From: Euglena gracilis
Lineage: Eukaryota
NCBI GenBank assembly: GCA_039621445.1
Contig: CP154954.1
Location: forward strand, 24,192,954 to 24,256,953
DNA: 64,000 bases
Reading direction: 5' to 3'
Part shown: positions 1-11,518 of the stretch, one piece after another
Layout: each line of letters opens with the position of its first letter
Numbering within the stretch: the first letter of the stretch is position 1
The notes under the pieces: model-generated
Database searches by the model: none
Told to the model about the DNA's origin: nothing
Seen by the model: only the letters and a program-made list of their open reading frames with translations
Translations under genes and position numbers: made by a program

Positions 1-58
1 GTAAGTGCCAACTGGTGGTACCTGTCGTGCTACCTGTGGCGGGACTTCCACGCCCAGG

Positions 59-511
59 TCACGCATGGTAATGTCCGCCGCGAATCCCGATCTGTCCGAG
101 TCGGTGTAATACACCGAACCGGTCATCGTCGCCTGGGCACTCATACACCACAGGGCTGGAGGGGTGTTCGCGGTGGTCAAAATTTACGGCAGTGGTCATC
201 CACAACGCCTGGGTGAGGTAGTCTGGTGCCGGGTTTGCGCTCATACGCATCACCCGGTTCATCGTCTCCGCCGTGCGGTGGATCATCACACCCGCGTACG
301 GTGGGAGGCGACGAGAGCCTGATGGCTGAGATGACCGCGCTTCCGCGGATATCGGGGTCATCCTGCTACTGCTGCTGGCTTCAGGGTTTCCCTGAGCCGC
401 AGTCCGTGTAGGTGGTTGCGTACCGTATCGATACGCATACTGGTCAGGTGGAGGGTGAGTGGTGGGGTGGTAAGGCGGTACTCCTCCTGGCTCCCTTCCA
501 CCGGGCAGCAT
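59..511 (-). CDS. Pro-rich ORF of unknown function (possibly gag-like), preceded by a polypyrimidine tract/AG
   Basis: 150-aa ATG ORF; the minus strand upstream has a long T/C tract ending TTCTTTCTTTCCGCAG (about 650-602). No recognisable domain. Confidence 0.25.
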   Translation of the reverse strand: MLPGGREPGGVPPYHPTTHPPPDQYAYRYGTQPPTRTAAQGNPEASSSSRMTPISAEARSSQPSGSRRLPPYAGVMIHRTAETMNRVMRMSANPAPDYLTQALWMTTAVNFDHREHPSSPVVYECPGDDDRFGVLHRLGQIGIRGGHYHA

Positions 512-672
512 GATACTGCCCGGGGTCGGTGCGGTGGGATGGTTAGGTTGTTGGTTGTGAGGTGGTAAGGTTAACCGCTTGAGTATTGTTTGCTAAAAAA
601 TCTGCGGAAAGAAAGAATGATAAGAATAGATGATAAAAAGAAAAGAAAACAACATGGGTTTCCCATGCGTTC

Positions 673-1140
673 TCAAAAACTTGTCATGGAAACATCAATG
701 TTATGCTTCTTGTTCCACAGCTTCCAGTTCTGCTGGACAGACCCAACAAAACTGGTTGCTGGCTCCCAAGTGTCCTCCTCGGGCCCATACCCTTTCCAGG
801 GGACCTTCCAAAGGTGCATACCTTTGTCGATTTTGTCATCGATAATTTTATCGACTACAAAGTCGTCGGTCTCAGGTAATCTGGAACGGGGCTGGAAGTG
901 CAGACACGGGATGGGTTTCCCATCCGGCGGTGACAGGTATGGCTTGAAGTCGTCCATATGAACGTCCTCAACACGATTCGGTAATGCAACCTTGTATCGC
1001 CCGCTGGTACCTAGTCTTTCTAGGCTTTCACAGGTGCCGAGCAAAAGGGGGTCCAGTTTGGAAGACTGCATGCGAGTACGGCTATTCCGCACCCACACGC
1101 GGTCACCGGGACTATACACAGGTGACTTGAAATTCTGCAA
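673..1140 (-). pseudogene. Integrase C-terminus with chromodomain
   Basis: SPGDRVWV...GRYKVALP...VHMDDFKPY followed by FVVDKII...WKGYGPEEDTWEP chromodomain motif. Confidence 0.85.
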
Positions 1141-1254
1141 AAACGATTTCCGTTTAGTTGCATGAATATCAGTGACTCGCTTCTGGACTGCAGAACGTAG
1201 ATTTTCTACTTCCGCAAAACAGGTCTCGCAACTGACACTCGTTCGGGCGGGTCT

Positions 1255-2018
1255 CTACGAAGGGACATCCCCTATGGCCGGAGGGTCCCGTCCGAAAACT
1301 AATTTATAGGGGGAGTGAGGTAAAACCAGCCCTGGTAGGGTATTGATATAAAACAAACACCATGGTAGCAATGATATCCAGTTGCTGCGCGAGTCAGCCA
1401 GTGAAAGGCGAAGCATATTCACGACGGATTTCACGGCTGCCTCGGCTCTACCATTGCCTTTGGGTCGGTATATAATGCAAAAATGCTGCTCAATTCCGAG
1501 TAAACCGCACAAAGTGGTGAAAAACCTTGAAAAAACCAAATGGTCTTGATCACTCACGATTTCATTCGGTAAACCGATTAAGCAAATGCATTTCTCCAAA
1601 AATATATTTGCCAAATTTTGGGCAGTCAACCCTGACTTCTGGCGTGGAATGGCTACAATGTACGCACTCAGCCTGCAGACGACAACAAAAACGTAATCGT
1701 AAATTTTGTCGTCCGTTCCTTTGCACGGTTCTAATTCCAGAAAATCCATGCAGAGGGAGGTAAAAATGTCAATGGTACGGGGAAAAAGTCCATCGTACCA
1801 GGGGGGGTGCCTCTGCGGAGTTTTACCGCTTGACAAATTTGACACCGTTGCGCTATTCGTAAACAGCGTGAGTAAAGCACCTTCTCGCTCAGGGTTGTGC
1901 AACACCTGCGGCCCACCAACGAAAGAAGTTTGGGGGCCCCAGGGTGACCGTGGTTGTGAGCACAAAATCGCATCATCAACCAGGTCCTGGGGGATACAAT
2001 ATTTGTAACCCGACTCAT
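1255..2018 (-). pseudogene. Retroviral-type integrase (HHCC zinc finger plus DDE core), frameshifted
   Basis: HNHGHPG...CQIC in ORF 1731-2018; CMDF, IVSDQD, GNGRAEAAVK, SPYKLVFG in ORF 1255-2316. Confidence 0.85.
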
Positions 2019-2407
2019 TGCGAAAAATCAACCGTAAAGGTGAAAGAGTGTAATTGTCCAGCACTTCGCCATTACGAAGTCTGGTGACGATGGTGTCATA
2101 CACCGGATCATTCGCGAAAGAACAGTGGGGAAGGGGACTCCGTGCGCGTAATACGCCGGGGTCCGGACGTGCTTCCACGTCGGCGCCTTCCACGCACTGG
2201 TGCGAACATGAATAGTTGTGAAACGGGAAAAGAATCCAAAAGATTGTCCGCAAAGTCGTTTCGACGTGAGTATTCGTCAGCTTCTTGACTTCCATGAAAA
2301 GTCGTGTCTCCCTCATCCGGGTTCCCAGGGTAATACCAAGGGGCCCGACTGAGCGGATCCGCTACTTTCTGTGTGTGACCAGGGGTATAAATAACCAAAA
2401 GGTTGAA

Positions 2408-2905
2408 TTAACTCAGGAACTCATGCCATCTGCATCGCCTTCCGACAGATGACATGGCCTTGTTCAAATCCTCGGTGTAGCAGTGTTGGAGACTCTCATG
2501 ATCGGTCTTGACGAGGATCTGGACGAGGCTGCTGGCGACCCAGTTGCGAAATTTCTGGAGTATAAGCACCATTGAGTAGGTTTCCTTCTCGCGTATACTC
2601 CACTTGATTTGACCTTCACCGTCGTCGCCCTGTAGCCTTCTGCTGAAGAAAGCCACAGGTCGGAGTTCATTCGCCGCGTTTTGCTGGCTAAGAACTCCGC
2701 CAACAGCGTAATCGCTGCTGTCCACTTCCAGCACATATGGTTTGTACGGGTCCGCGATTTCGAGGACAACATTCTCCAAAAGCAAAACATTGATTTTCTC
2801 AAGGGCCTCACGCATTTGGTCATCCCAAATGACTTTGGTGTTGTCAACAGCCCGATTTTTGAGCTGTTTGGTGAGGGGCACCACGATTTTCGCAAAGTCC
2901 TTCAT
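2408..2905 (-). pseudogene. Ty3/gypsy RT connection/RNase H
   Basis: FAKIVVPLT, VDSSDYAVGGVLSQ, PVAFFSRRL, EKE, TDHESL, RWHEFLS. Confidence 0.9.
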
Positions 2906-2986
2906 ATGTATCGCGTAGTATTGTCAATGGGCTAATCCCAAAAATCCTTTGAGGTGAGTAATCGTTTTGATTACCTCAGGGGTCCA

Positions 2987-4369
2987 TTATTTAATGGTTT
3001 CGAGTTTGCTCGCAGCGGCTTTCCGCTGTCCATTGCTGAGGATGTGGCCACAAAATTTTATAAGCTCGCGAAACAAATGCATTTTCGTGCCTTTCGCGAA
3101 AAGCACATGTTTTTGGAAAGCGGTTAGTACCGCGCAAACATGGTGAAAGTATGTGTCGAGGATATCCTTGCTCGATTTTGCGGATGGTGGTGGTGTTCCC
3201 ACCAGTACATCATCAATGTACACAATGACAATCGGTAAGTCGCGTAAAACCCATTGAATCATGCGTTGAAACATGGCTGGGCCATTCTTAACACCCATGG
3301 GGAGTACCGTCCATTGGGACACACCCTTGGATGTCTCGACTGCCGTGTATGGTTGGGAGTCAGGGTGTAAGTGCATTTGGTGAAAACCGTCCTCCAGATC
3401 GAAAATTGACCACAACCGGTTTTCCGATTGTTTGGTGATCAAATCCTCGATAAGGGGGAGCGGGAAGGGATCATCCCTTGTCTGGGAGTTCAGGTACTGG
3501 TAATCCAGCACCAGTCTCCATTTCTTCTGACCTGAGGGGTCTGGGGGTTTAGGAACAACAAAACCTTGGGATGTCCACTCGCTTTTCGAGGGTACAATCC
3601 ACTTGCGCTGAATAAGCTTCTCAATCATTTCATTGAGAGCTTGTTCGCCTTCTCCCGAACAACGAAAAAATTTTCGGTGCATTGGTTTGGCTCCTTCCTT
3701 CAGCTCGATCTTACAAACACCGAACGGACCGCGTCTCGCGGGGTCGATGTCGCACGCGTATACTGGATTTTCCAGCACACCGTGAAATTCGCGGGTGATC
3801 CACGAACAGAATTCAGCTGACTTAAGATGCTGACCTGCACTCTCGATGACTGCGGAAACCACCACGGTATCCCTGGGGTTACCGAGCTTCCTCGGCACCG
3901 CGAAATCGGACATTCCGAATGCATCGAAGAAACATACGCCAAAAATGATTTCTTGTAAGGGTGGTAATATTTTACCACAAAAATCTTCAAAAATCGGTAC
4001 ATTGGTGGGTAAATCCCACCAATGAAAACACACATACGATAGTTGGGTGAACCATTCCGCTTCCGGAATGATGGGTATGAGAATAACTCCACGGGCTTCA
4101 TCCCGCAGAATTTTCTCAACAACACATTCGAGAAGTTTTTGGGGAGGGTGCATGCATAACACCGTATCACCCCAAAATTTATCAAATGCGTTGGAGTGTT
4201 GTGACCAATGACGTGGCAAACGGGCATGTGCATTGGATGAAAAGGCATCAATTTCCAATGCCAAATCAAAGGAATCAGCCAATGTCGCGATTTTGGAAAA
4301 CCATCGTTCCAAAATGTGATATTGACCAAAACTGAAAGCATTCCATACGCGTTTCACGTATTCATGCAC
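2987..4369 (-). CDS. Dam-like N6-adenine methyltransferase domain fused in frame to gypsy reverse transcriptase
   Basis: N-part IDAFSSNAHARLPRHWS...NAFDKFW...MHPPQKLL..VVEKI....GVILIP..P...W resembles the DIRS MT domain; C-part WRLVLDY, DLEDGFHQ, LPMGVKNGP, YIDD. Confidence 0.8.
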   Translation of the reverse strand: MHEYVKRVWNAFSFGQYHILERWFSKIATLADSFDLALEIDAFSSNAHARLPRHWSQHSNAFDKFWGDTVLCMHPPQKLLECVVEKILRDEARGVILIPIIPEAEWFTQLSYVCFHWWDLPTNVPIFEDFCGKILPPLQEIIFGVCFFDAFGMSDFAVPRKLGNPRDTVVVSAVIESAGQHLKSAEFCSWITREFHGVLENPVYACDIDPARRGPFGVCKIELKEGAKPMHRKFFRCSGEGEQALNEMIEKLIQRKWIVPSKSEWTSQGFVVPKPPDPSGQKKWRLVLDYQYLNSQTRDDPFPLPLIEDLITKQSENRLWSIFDLEDGFHQMHLHPDSQPYTAVETSKGVSQWTVLPMGVKNGPAMFQRMIQWVLRDLPIVIVYIDDVLVGTPPPSAKSSKDILDTYFHHVCAVLTAFQKHVLFAKGTKMHLFRELIKFCGHILSNGQRKAAASKLETIK

Positions 4370-5149
4370 CCGATTTCCGGGCTGGAGTGAAGAAACACAA
4401 TGAATGGATCCACAAACATGCGGATTGTCTTACGCTGCCCCAAGGGTTAATCCCAAGGGACTTTGGACAGGCTGGGGTTTTCCCCATTCCGCATCAAATT
4501 TGTACCAAGTGTAATCGGGATGGTGATTAGGAATGACGCTTTTCGCGTTTCCAAACAACAAGGCTAATCCGCGTTGTTGGAGTACTCGGTGTATCTCCGC
4601 GCATTGCGGGCTACAACCAAGTGTATCATGTGGTGTGGATTCCGTTTTCGGAATTGCGATTAATGTTGGATTTTGAACTAAACATCCACAATCGAAATCC
4701 GATTGGGTGGAAATTCTCCTGCAGTGCACACATTGGTAGGAAGTGTGATGGTGTGACGGGTGTGCCTGTAAGTGGGTGTTGATGGCATTAGCCGGTGTGT
4801 CTCGTACAGGTGTGCCTGGATTCGGCACAACTGGTGGGAAACGGAGTGGTGGTGTAGCTGGGCGACTACTCAACACCGTGATCACTGCAGGCCTTTGGAC
4901 TTTCGTCTTGTAACCTAGTGGAACGGCGGGGGTACCGCTACTCGCTTGCCCTACCTCATTTGGAACGCATGTAGGTGTGTCATTGGGTAGGGGGGAGGCT
5001 TTCTCCGTACCCCGGGTGTGGAAAACGGTTGTTGGTGTGGTGGATAACGGTGTTGCCATTGAGGGTAACGGTGTTTTAAAAGTGGTGGTCGTCGTGGTGG
5101 ATGCCAACAGTGATGGTGGTTTGGGTTGCATTGATGTGTTGGGTGCTGT

Positions 5150-6700
5150 GCGCAAACCGTGGGAGTGGCAATCCACAACCAATCGGTACTGGCGTAAAAA
5201 CGGGTATCCCAAAATTACGTCAGACCCGTGAATTCCGGCCTCGTAACCAAAAATATTGGTGAAGTGTTGCAATTGTGGGGGGGTGTGGGCGCAAGGCGGT
5301 AGACTGGGGGGGGGTAGTGGGTAGTCGGCCGACTAGTCGGCCGACTACCCAATTGGTCCACCGACTAGGCCTAGTCGGTAGCTAGTCGGCGAGACAGGGG
5401 GGGGGGGGGGGGTAGTGGGTAGTCGGCCAACTTGTCGGCCGACTACCCACTCTAATGTACTAACGGGTCAAAACCGCCGACTTTTAAGCCCCCACCCCCC
5501 TCAAATAACAAAATCCCTTCTGTGTTTGCAACATACTCGGGGGCTAAGTCGTTTTTGTGGCTCACTTTGGCATAGGCGGGGGGGGGCTCCGCCCCCCCGC
5601 CCCCCCCCCTTAAAAACAAAAATCCCTTCTGTGTTGGGCACCTTTTTGGGGGGTAAGGTGTTTTTGTGGCTCTCTTTTTGAAAGGGGGGGGGGGGTCCGC
5701 CCCCCCCCCCCCCGCACCCCCCCTCAAAAAACAAAATCCCTTCTGTGTTGGCAACATACTCGGGGGCTAAGTCGTTTTTGTGGCTTACTTTGGCATAGGC
5801 GGGGGGGGGGGGGCTCCGCCCCCCCCGCACCCCCCCCCTCAAGTAACAAAATCCCTTCTATGTTGGCAATAGACTTGGAGGGATAAGACCCTTTTTTTGT
5901 GCAAATTTTGACTTATATTGAAAATTCAATGGGGAGAGGTGTACTTTTGTCAAAAGTGGGGGGGGCGGAGCCCCCCCTCGCCTATGCCAATGTGAGCCAC
6001 AAAAACGACTTAGCCCCCGAGTATGTTGCCAACACAGAAGGGATTTTGTTATTTGAGTCTCGGATTGGGGTGGAGGGGGGAGTTTTCTGCCTCTCGTGAT
6101 GCAGAACGCAGATTGCAGATTGCATTTCTAAAGGATTTTAATGTAATCCCTGTTTCATCATTGGTTTCTTCCCCCTGGCCCAAAATGGACATTTTCCCCC
6201 AATTTCTTTGCATATTCACCCCCGATTGGGGGGTTCTGGAGCCATTTGGGTGGGTTTTGACCGGCTTTGAGCTGATTTAGACAAAAAAATTTTCCCAGGG
6301 GGGGGCTTAAAAGTAGGCGGTTTTGACCCGTTAGTACATTAGAGTGGGTAGTCGGCCGACTAGTCGGCCGACTACCCACTACCCCCCCGCCGACTAGCTA
6401 CCGACCAATTAGTCGGCCGACTAGTCGGCCGACCAATTGGGTAGTCGGCCGACTAGTCGGCCGACTACCCACTACCCCCCCCCCAGTCTACCGTTTGGCA
6501 CTTGGGGTGTGAGTGATGCTTTGGAATGATGGGCAAGAGTATCTCGAGCACACATCCCAAATCACCACCGCACATGGGGGTATTATCCGCGGTTGTAATT
6601 TTGATCTGTTTCTTGGCGCTTACCAAGAAAGGGGTCGGTATCAACCGCAACCGAAAGAGCAGTGCAATGCGGCAACCGAATTAAAATTTTAACTTTGGTG
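5150..6700 (-). pseudogene. Aspartic protease remnant split by a MITE
   Basis: IKITTADNTPM (6465-6650) and DVILGYPFLRQYRLVVDC (ORF 4430-5272) flank the 5297-6493 insertion; catalytic DTG not intact. Confidence 0.6.
5297..6493. mobile_element. Non-autonomous TIR element with palindromic GTCGGCCGAC subterminal clusters, copy 1
   Basis: Termini CGGTAGACTGGGG / CCCCAGTCTACCG; internal 75-100 bp repeats; inverted second copy at 28341-29600; no TSD seen. Confidence 0.85.
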
Positions 6701-6904
6701 GAGAAATTTTGAATGCGGATTTCCGGTTGGACGAGTAATTTCATTGGTGGTACGCAAAGTGAAGGGTCTGGCGGAAATACGTTTGCATGCCAACTTTCCC
6801 ATGAACCCTTTCCTACTTTGCTCAGCATTCAGAGCAGAAATGTGGAGTGGTGGGTAGGGGACCCGAAATAATTCAGGGTACTGACCGTGAAGGCGGATGG
6901 GCAG

Positions 6905-7170
6905 GGGGGGCAAGGTTGATCAGGTCTTACCTCCATCTGTTCATCATGATGACGACAATTCCCGGCCGGGTGACGTTTTCATTCCACGACTTGACAGTGA
7001 TGGCCTGGTTGCGATTGATGTCACCATCCAGCCTGTCCATCCACTCCATGGGTGTGTTACTGCAGGGATCAGTTTCCATCCAACCCTTGAGCATCTTTGT
7101 TCATATTTGCTGATTTTTTGGGGTCTTCTGCCTTCAGGTGTTGTTACGTTTTCACTGAGACGCAGGGGAT
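6905..7170. mobile_element. Relic of a CRE-like RLE endonuclease with internal inversion
   Basis: RPGDVFIPRLDSDGLVAIDVTI on + (about 6960-7030); continuation HPLR...KY...GWKLIP on - (7170-7035). Confidence 0.7.
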
Positions 7171-7185
7171 GAACACAGGAGGCGT

Positions 7186-7310
7186 GAGGACGGACGGACG
7201 GACGGACGGACGGACGGACGGACGGACGGCTGGAGAAAATTCCTTTCATCTGGACGGACGGCTGGACAGCGTGCATTTTGGTCTGGACGGACGGACGACT
7301 AGGTTGGTCT
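7186..7310 (+). repeat. (GACG)n-headed short interspersed repeat
   Basis: (GACG)n then TTCATCTGGACGGACGGCTGGACAG...CTAGGTTGGTCT; related copies at about 20435-20545 (+) and 29950-30093 (-). Confidence 0.75.
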
Positions 7311-7831
7311 TTTTTTTCCCACCAGATTCAAACAGTTTCCTCACAGCTTCACGGTGGGTAGCACAGCTTCACCCAAACCGCGCCCAGGGCCCAGGGAAAT
7401 GTCTCTTTTGGCCCTCGCCACAAGAGGAACCCTCTTGTGACTCCCTGTGCCGCCACAGGTCGCGGGTAGCTTATACTGTGGGTTTAATGTACAAAAGAGT
7501 GTTGTAAGGGTGCGGAGGTTGGTTAGCGGAAGATGAGCAAAGGTCACCTTCAATATATATTGGGCGGGGAGGGGGGCGTTTGTACCTCTTTTGCCACTGG
7601 ATGGCGTGTTTGTGTCGGGTTTTTTGGCTTTTGTTGCGTTTTGCTTCTCTGCGTGTCTATGTGACCCATTGACTTGTCTTTGGCTCGGCGTGTGGCTCGG
7701 CTCAAGGGGTTACTAGGGGTTACTGAGTTGTGTCTTCTTTGCTCATTCTTGTAATCTGACCTTGGGGTGCAAACATAGCTGGTGAGAGTTCAAGGTTGGT
7801 TATTTGGTTGAGAGTTTGGGCTCAAAGGCCT

Positions 7832-8662
7832 TCAGACAGAATACGGTGAGTGGGCGGAAGACAGGGTGATCTCATCTTTGGAAGAATACAAGCTCCAAAC
7901 GAGCTGTCTACTGATTTCTCTGATAAGTGTGAAGGACAGGCCTTGCCAAATGTCTGCTTGTGCGGCCCGCCATTGCCACCCTTCCCGCTGCCCCAGAAGG
8001 GCTTTGAGGATGGTGGCCATCAAGGAGCGCGCTTCTTGTCCCATGCCCCCGTAGCAATCCATGACGAATGGCGTCAACCGCCAGCCCAGTCGTTGGCATG
8101 TTGCATCATATTTGGTATGCTTTTCAGCCTCCTGACGTGTTTGCCATTGTGAAAGGCTTTCTGCACTTCGGAGCGGATGACTTTGCGCAAGTGTGTGGCG
8201 GATTGTCACATCCACTGCAACGGGTCCATCACTGTCCAAGCGAGGAATGAAGATGTCCCCAGGCCGGGAACGGTCATCAGCTCGTTGTTCTTTACGGGCT
8301 GTAAATCCTTCCTTCTGTGTTGTGGTTGTCAGAAAATCTTGGACAGCCCCGTGCCGCCGGGTGATGAAGTTTGATTTGCAGCACACGAGGTGGTGTCCGA
8401 GAAAGTCTGACGGTCCAAAGCATTTGGGACAGAGGTTGGGATCGGATTCCATTGGTGTGAGAGTCATTCCGAGGGACCAACGAAGTGTGCAGCGGAATTC
8501 AGCCGTGGGCAACAGGGTGCGGAGTCCTTGAGATGGTGTCAAAGCGGCCCACGCCATAGCATGCGGTTGGCATTGGCTTGCAAAACGCCAATGCCAAAAG
8601 GTCCATTCAATGTGTCCCGAAGTGTTTTCTGGCGGGCAAGCATGCTCTGCTGGTTCCACCAA
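7832..8662 (-). pseudogene. Copy A zinc knuckle plus restriction-like endonuclease
   Basis: CPKC-x-HLVCC, RRHGAVQD, RPGDIF, VAVDVTI, GGMG; frameshifted from the RT by a small deletion near 8590. Confidence 0.85.
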
Positions 8663-9817
8663 CGTTGTGAATTGTGTGGAGACTGTGCTTGAGGGATCAG
8701 GTTTTTGTCACTGGCCCATTGTGGCAGTGGAGCCATTTGACCAAGATCATTGAGGGCTGTCCGTAAACAATCGTCGGCGTCCTTGGGAAGGATGTCCATG
8801 GCAGCAGGCAGTCCCAATACAGAGGGAGCTCTTCGACAGAAGTCCACCACTTGAGACAATCTGGCAGGCACGCGTTGAAATAGTGGATCCGAGATTCCCA
8901 GTCCACCGCATCTGATGGCCAGGGAGACTTGCAACCATTCTTCTGGGGTGCAAGGGGAGCCGACCATGCCACTGAATGTTTCCCGAATAATTCCCGACAA
9001 CGTCTTGCATGCCGCTGTTGCAGAGGAGATTTTGCAGGCGCGCAAGAGGTCATTCACTTTGCAAGCGGATAAGCAACACCGAAGCAAGGTGAATTGCACA
9101 TGCGATTGAGGTAGGTGCCGAAGTACTGTGCAAGAACGTCGGATGTCTTCAATGCGCTTATTCCAAACTTCTTCACAGAAGCGGTCATCTTGGGGGTGGT
9201 GGACAGGGACCCCCAAAACTTTCAGACCAGAACCAGCAACAAAGGCGGTCAGTGGTATTTGATGTAAGGGGCTATCCTGTGGCGTGCCAGGGGGAATGCA
9301 AGGGACACCTTCTGTTGATGTGAACGCTGGTCCCCACAATCGACATTTTGCAGGGTTCACGGCCAACCCAAGCGTGGCTGCCTCGTGAATAAGAAAGGCA
9401 AGGGCATTGTGCAATTGGGCTGGCGATCCCAGCAGATGGGCATCATCCAAGTACCACCCCTGCCATTCGACCAAAGGTGAGAGGCCCTCACAAAGGTCTT
9501 GCACACCCCAGGCGAAAGCTGCAGGTCCGCATGGGTCGCCTTGTTGAGCTCCCCTCTGGGAAGGCAGACAATGGTTTCCACAATACAGCTTGCTGTGTTG
9601 GGCGTAGCACGAATCCAGCCAAGGGCACACTTCTGGGCATCGTCTACGGATGGATTGCAGGATTTTTTCCCGTGACAAGGAGTTGAAGGCATTTTTGAAA
9701 TCCACTTGAAGCAGCCCCCAGCGATTGTCTCTGTCCGAGTGCAGAGTGTCCACCATCTGTTGGATTCCCATTGCGATCAGTGGACATGCATTCGGCACAC
9801 CAACGCCACATTGTGGA
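8539..9817 (-). pseudogene. Copy A reverse transcriptase core
   Basis: DFKNAFNS, GAQQGDPCGP, WYLDD, LKVLGVP, GGLGI. Confidence 0.9.
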
Positions 9818-11479
9818 GAGCCTCCCGGACCCGGAAAAAGCGTTATTGAGTTGAAAATGAGCGTTTTTCGACCCGCCAGGGCACCTTTTTGGGCCGCCAA
9901 CCCATTGATTTTGGGTCAAAACCGGGTCAAAAAAGTCGAAAAATATCGAAAAAAATTTTTCGCCCAAAACCATGTTTTTGAGCCTCCTGGACCCGGAAAA
10001 CATCAAAGCATTTACCACCATGGGATGACGCATGAGGCATTTGCCAACCAATCGGCGGAGTGTTTCACCTGCTGCGATCGGGCGAGTGTCTTCATCACAC
10101 ACTGTGTGCTCCACAAGGTTTCCAAAAGCATCCTCTTCCATTGCTGTTTGTTTGTTCTGTTTTCGCAGAGGTGTCAACCTGGCGGAGGAAAGAATTGGGG
10201 CCATGCCGGGGTGGACACCGTTTGTAATTGCCCGACAGATGAAGGTATCAAGCACTTCGAGGAGGTCATCTCCACAAGCCCCTGGGTAGTCTCCAACCAT
10301 GGCCTTGAGGTGGTCAGGTCTCAGGCCAGAGGGTCCCGGTGCGGATTCCTTTGGGAACCCGAATATAGCTTTGCGCAAATTTTGTAATCGCTCTTTTGTG
10401 CTTTCCGGGTCCGAAGGAAAGGTAATCGTTTGTGAAGAGTCGGACACTGGGATGCGCGGTGGAGGCTCAGGTGGGTGAAGTTCACGCAGCCTTTGAATTA
10501 CTTTTGGGTCATTGCTGTTCTGAACCCCCTCAGAGGTGAGCTCTCGGCAGGCTTTTGAAATAGCCCACCAACCCCCATTGGCCAAAATCACATTGCTGGG
10601 GTTACGCTATTCTCTGCTCCATGCCCACCATCCCTTCATCCCACTTTTGAGGAAATTTCTTTTGATGACCGCGGCACCCTTGTATACCTGCCTCGTGGAG
10701 CCCTCCTCAATGTCAATCAAACCTACCTGCAATTGTTGAGGCATTTCAACAGGGAACCTGGCTGGGAAACCCTGCACGCCTTGTGGGGCTTCCCCAAAGC
10801 GGTGCTTTGTCCTTTGCAGCGTGGCGGGCGATCGAACTGGGCGATGGTGGGGAGAAAAATTGCATAACGAGCTCGCCTGTATCTCACCCGTCCTGTGTTT
10901 GATTCTTGGTTGGACTCCAGTCTCCCACAAAAGCCACAAGGCAGACAGACAAGGCAAAAAACAGCACTGGCAGCCAAGGCAACTGAAGAACGGTTCCTCT
11001 CCCGCATTGAAGCCTTGTTGGCCACGGGGTCTAGCTGGGGCTGGTGACGATGCTGCTGCCGTTGTTGCCACTGAGTATGAAGAGCTGGCACCCAAAGGGG
11101 GGTTGGAGAAGTTCAGGAAAGGGGTCGCCTGATTTGCTTGCATCCACATGGCCCCAACGTCTGACGGGGGGAAGGGTCCTGGTCCTTGTGTGCCAATTGG
11201 GTTCTCCATGATGACCGTGGAGCACATTGAGGGGAGGCCTTGTTGGCCAAAGAACAATGGACCTGGCAGATTTGGGAACCAAGATCCCCTTTCCAATGGT
11301 GGCAGTGCGGGTGGTGGTGTGGTCGGGGGGATGGAAATTTGTGATGCTGGCGCCATGTCAACGTCCTCACCCGACACCGACGGGGGCTCTGCGGGCGGTG
11401 GTGCTGTAGGAGGGATGGAGATTTGTGATACTGGTGCCATGTCAATATCCTCACCCGAAACAAATGGTGGGTCTGCAGG

Positions 11480-11518
11480 AGGTCCGGGGTTACTTTCAAT
11501 TTCCCCACAGGTCAGCAA
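11480..11518 (-). other. 2A-like motif, variant (LLTCGEIESNPGP)
   Basis: Translation in ORF 10607-11914; D-to-E change in the DxExNPGP core. Confidence 0.75.

Larger units (their letters stand above)
650..6830 (-). mobile_element. Degenerate Ty3/gypsy chromovirus-type LTR retrotransposon pol region (PR-MTase-RT-RH-INT-chromodomain)
   Basis: Domain order protease (DVILGYPFL), RT (YIDD), RNase H (VDSSDYAVG, EKE), integrase, chromodomain; several frameshifts and stops; LTRs not identified. Confidence 0.9.

Noticed and set aside
2987-4369. DIRS element (because of the MTase domain)
   Set aside because: No tyrosine recombinase; DDE integrase, protease and chromodomain indicate Ty3/gypsy.
7350-7830. 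Self-cleaving ribozyme in the retroelement UTRs
   Set aside because: Hairpins exist (e.g. CACAAGAGG/CCTCTTGTG) but no hammerhead or HDV core could be identified by eye.
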